From assembly GCA_043228905.1 (NCBI GenBank), contig JBHGNT010001266.1, positions 1-10,538 on the forward strand: 10,538 nucleotides of DNA, in the 5' to 3' direction. Both the position numbers and the translations under genes were made by a program. Numbering within the stretch: position 1 is the first letter of the stretch; each line of letters begins with the position of its first letter. The notes under the pieces are model-generated. The model had not been told where the DNA came from, did not search any database, and saw only the letters and a list, made by a program, of their open reading frames with translations. Below are positions 7,262 through 10,538 of the stretch, piece after piece. This DNA comes from Azolla caroliniana. Its lineage: Eukaryota; Plantae; Polypodiophyta.

Positions 7262-10200
7262 GATGTACTATGTGTAGTTGAGCATAAGACTTGTCATGAG
7301 TTGGCAGGATCCATAGTTCATTTGCGTGGATATTCATCATTCTATGCATGACATCTTAATAATCATTATTCAAGTGTGGTACTAATCATGCGTGATCAAT
7401 ATTATTCTGAAGTGGTGCATAATGATCCTTATGGTCGGTTTTTGGTTCTAGAAATCACGTTTTTTGGGGAGGTTGTGTGGGTGGTTGGGATTTATGCCCC
7501 TAACCAAGCCACTCAATGTATTGCATTATGGGGCTCATTCCGTAAAACCCTATGTGTTGGCCGTCCAGGATTACTTATGGGTGATTTTAACATGTGTGTT
7601 GATGCATCTCAATCTACGTTTGAACATTCAATCATGGATGATCCTAAGCAACTTGCTTGGGATTCATTGGCTATGGAGGTTCTGAAGTTGGATGTTTGGA
7701 CATGATTACATGGGAATGATTCAGGTTTTACTTTCCAATCTGCTCAACATAGACAAACATGGAGTCGATTAGATAGAATGTATGTGATGCACAATGATTC
7801 TTTTTTACTGACATCACTTCGTATGGCAGTTTTACAAGATGTAGGAACTTAAGATCACTTTCCTATTTGTTTGGAGGTTTGTGATCATGCAATTGACATG
7901 TATAAATCCTTACTTGGAAAGCCTCCATTACGCTTTAACTCTTCTCTTTTGCTTCAACCTCACTTTGATTCTCTCATGGAGCAAATTTTGGTAAATTTTT
8001 CACAAGAAATGAATCTTAAAGGAGTTAAAGTATGGGATATCACGTTATGAAATATTAAGATCATTCATCGCATGTATGGAGTAACTAATGCTCAACGAAG
8101 AAGAGGACTTCTTCTACAATTCACAAGTTCTCTCTAGGTGTAATGCATTATTGATACATGCACCATTAGATGAGGAACTTTTGGATATTATCCAAAGTCA
8201 ATTGCATGTTATTATTTCTCAGTTGCAATGCCAAAGCTATCGTTATGCGAAGATGTGACAATTGAGGGATGGGTTCATAGATAATCAATGTCAATCTCAT
8301 TTGTTTTTCCAAGAGTTACATCCTACTTATACTCGATCTAATGTGGTACATTAGAATTAGGATTAGAAATTTTTATCGTCCATAATATAACATCGCCGTT
8401 GTCGGGGATCGAACCCGGGTCACCTGCATGACAGGCGGGAATACTTACCACTATACTACAACGACTTGAGTAGATATTGGATTCTACTACAATAATTGAC
8501 ATATGTGTTCATTACTTTAAGGAGTAGGCCCACAATTGTTATTGACAAATGAGGTGAGTAGAGCACGTCATGAGTTTTATGATGTGGTCGGATGTATTGT
8601 GCATGACCTCATTAGTCATGAATTGGATGCGGATTTCATTGAGGATGAGATGGACACAGTTTTAAGACATATTCCTAGTGGTAAGAGCCCTGGTTGGGAT
8701 GACTTGACAAATGAAAATTTTAAGTGATATTTGAACATTTTAAAGGGGCCCTTAACTTTGATGTTTCAACATTCTTGGGATTCTGGTCGTATGCCTCAAG
8801 CTTGGAAGGTTGGTCTAATTAAATTAGTTCCAAAGGTGGCATCTCCAGAGTTGTTTCATCAATGGAGACCTATTTCTATGATTGGGGGGTTGTATAAGAT
8901 ATTTACAAAGGTCTTTGCAAATAGATTACAAAAGTATTTGCCAATTTAGTTGATACATCCCACCCAATATGGTTTTATTGCAAGTAGGAATATATTGCAT
9001 AATGTGTTGATTGTTCAAATGGCCATGGATTATGCTCGAAACACTCATCAAGAATTGATTATGGTGCAATTAGATTTGGAGAAAGCTTATGATCATGTTA
9101 ATTGGTCCTTTGTTTCTGGGTTAATGCATACAATGGGCTTTGAACCTCGTATGTCTCGCCTGATATTTTTATTAGGACAAGATCCGACGTCTCGAGTCAT
9201 GCTTAATGGGGGAGTTACATCAGATATTTCCCTTATAAGATCCGTTCTTCAAGGATGCCCTATTAGCCCATTGTTGTTTGCTATTGTTACTCATCCCTTG
9301 TTAGTGATGCTATCCAAGCTTGCAACAAATGGTGATATTGTTGGTTTACACCTTCCGGCTGGAGGGCAACTAGTTGCACAAGCTTTTACTAATTTTTCTT
9401 TCATGTTTCTACAAGCCTCACAAGAGAATCTTGAGAAGGGGATGCTTGTATGGAACCAATTTGCATTGGCTTCTAGATTACATATTAATTGGAGGTAGTC
9501 TAGTCTCATATCATGTACTGAAAGGGATTTGGAATATCTAGGATGGCAAGGATCTGTGGTGAAGAAAGGCTCTATTTTTCGACACTTGGGCTATCCATTA
9601 GGAATGAATGTTACAAATGGTCAATTGATTGAATGGATGTCTAGTAAGTTGAGGGATAAGTTCATGTATTGGAAATCACAATCTTGGCCATTTCATGTAC
9701 GTTTGAAGGTTGTACAATGTATTATGGAACCTATGATATTATATTACTTGTCATTGCTGCCATGGACAAAGAAGGCTTTGCATTCTATTTTGCAACCTCT
9801 TCGATATTTGTTATGGAAGAAGAGGGATAAGATGGGAATCAATTGGGTTGCATGGAATCATCTAGCAACTCCTAAGCGCTTGGGGGGAGCTGGAATATTG
9901 AACTTATCTAAGCATATGATGGCTTGTAGATTTTCATTATTACAAGACATGTGTTCAAACCCACAACCATGGATATCTATTGTTCAATATTTCATTGAGA
10001 ATAAGGGTTTAACACATGGGAGGACAACAATTAAGTCTTCATGGTGGCAATTACTGAATGGATGTATTTCACTTAGGATTCCAGGCTCTACATGTGTTCA
10101 ACACTTGGTTACCTCATGGCAAGAAGCACTCTTGTTATGTGTATGGAAACCATCATCTAGAAGAGAGCATTGTAATTCTTTGCAAAAAGAGTTACTTGTG

Positions 10201-10538
10201 TCTTCTCGGTTATTATGTTGGACAGGAAAGGAGAGATTGCATTCTCAATTTAATCGTTTGTTTCGTTTGGGGGTCAAAGAGGTGGGAGATATTGTTGAGG
10301 CTCCTTCTCAAAGAATTTTGGAGTTTGTTGAAGCACGACAATTATTACGCATTCCGCCTAATTATGGGTTTATTTGGAACAATTACAAAATATTCAATTG
10401 ATGCAAGGTCCCTCACCTCTACAAATAGGAGAACAACCATGGATTGATTGGTGTTTAAAGGGTCAAACATCGTTGTTACAAGTGACTACTAATCTTTTGT
10501 ATCATTGCTCTATTGAGTCTCTTGGATAGTTATCATCT
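7262..10538 (+). pseudogene. LINE ORF2 pseudogene (APE endonuclease plus reverse transcriptase)
   Basis: APE motifs DVLCVVEHK (7262), GIYAP, MGDFN, SRLDR, *DHFP. RT motifs KSPGWD, LIKLVPK, WRPISM, YKIFTKVFANRL, QYGF, LDLEKAYDHVNW, QGCPISPLLF, degenerate FTNF in place of FADD (9385-9396), HLGYPL, PKRLGGAGI. Many stops and several frameshifts. Confidence 0.95.
8394..8465 (-). tRNA. tRNA-Asp(GTC), plant nuclear type, probable pseudogene
   Basis: GTCGTTGTAGTATAGTGGTAAGTATTCCCGCCTGTCATGCAGGTGACCCGGGTTCGATCCCCGACAACGGCG (72 nt). Acceptor stem GTCGTTG/CAACGGC, anticodon GTC at 8432-8430, A box and B box (GGTTCGATCC) intact. Three transitions against the plant consensus as I recall it (8428, 8425, 8402); two create C-A mismatches in the anticodon and T stems. 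No CCA and no nearby T4 terminator. Confidence 0.93.

Larger units (their letters stand above)
251..10538 (+). mobile_element. Degenerate L1-clade LINE (non-LTR retrotransposon), interrupted by the copia element and the tRNA cassette, running off the right edge
   Basis: ORF1-like region with a CCHC knuckle followed by APE endonuclease and non-LTR RT motifs, all on +. The 5' boundary is uncertain, and no poly(A) tail or TSD is visible in the window. Confidence 0.9.

Noticed and set aside
8394-8465. Functional host tRNA gene or classical tRNA-derived SINE
   Set aside because: Two stem mismatches, no terminator and a position inside a dead LINE argue against a normal gene. No SINE body or tail follows it.

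Overview
Plant-type nested transposon region with no host protein-coding gene. An old, heavily decayed L1-type LINE on the + strand (ORF1 about 251-7228, ORF2 with APE endonuclease and RT from 7262 past the window end) carries two antisense insertions. The first is a full-length 5,666-bp Ty1/copia LTR retrotransposon (615-6280, - strand) with a GTGCG target-site duplication, LTRs about 97.6% identical, a tRNA-iMet PBS and a PPT; it splits LINE ORF1. The second is a 96-bp cassette holding a nearly canonical plant tRNA-Asp(GTC) sequence (8394-8465, - strand) with short flanks and an apparent 5-bp TSD; it interrupts ORF2. The copia gag-pol is one frame with no frameshift but five C>T-type stops. 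Unusual points: a ~180-codon acidic-then-basic extension after RNase H lying between two identical PPT motifs, an LTR U3 made of near-contiguous short palindromes, alternative hairpins around the PPT, and the apparently mobilised tRNA cassette. All alignments and counts were done by eye, and the species cannot be determined from this window.
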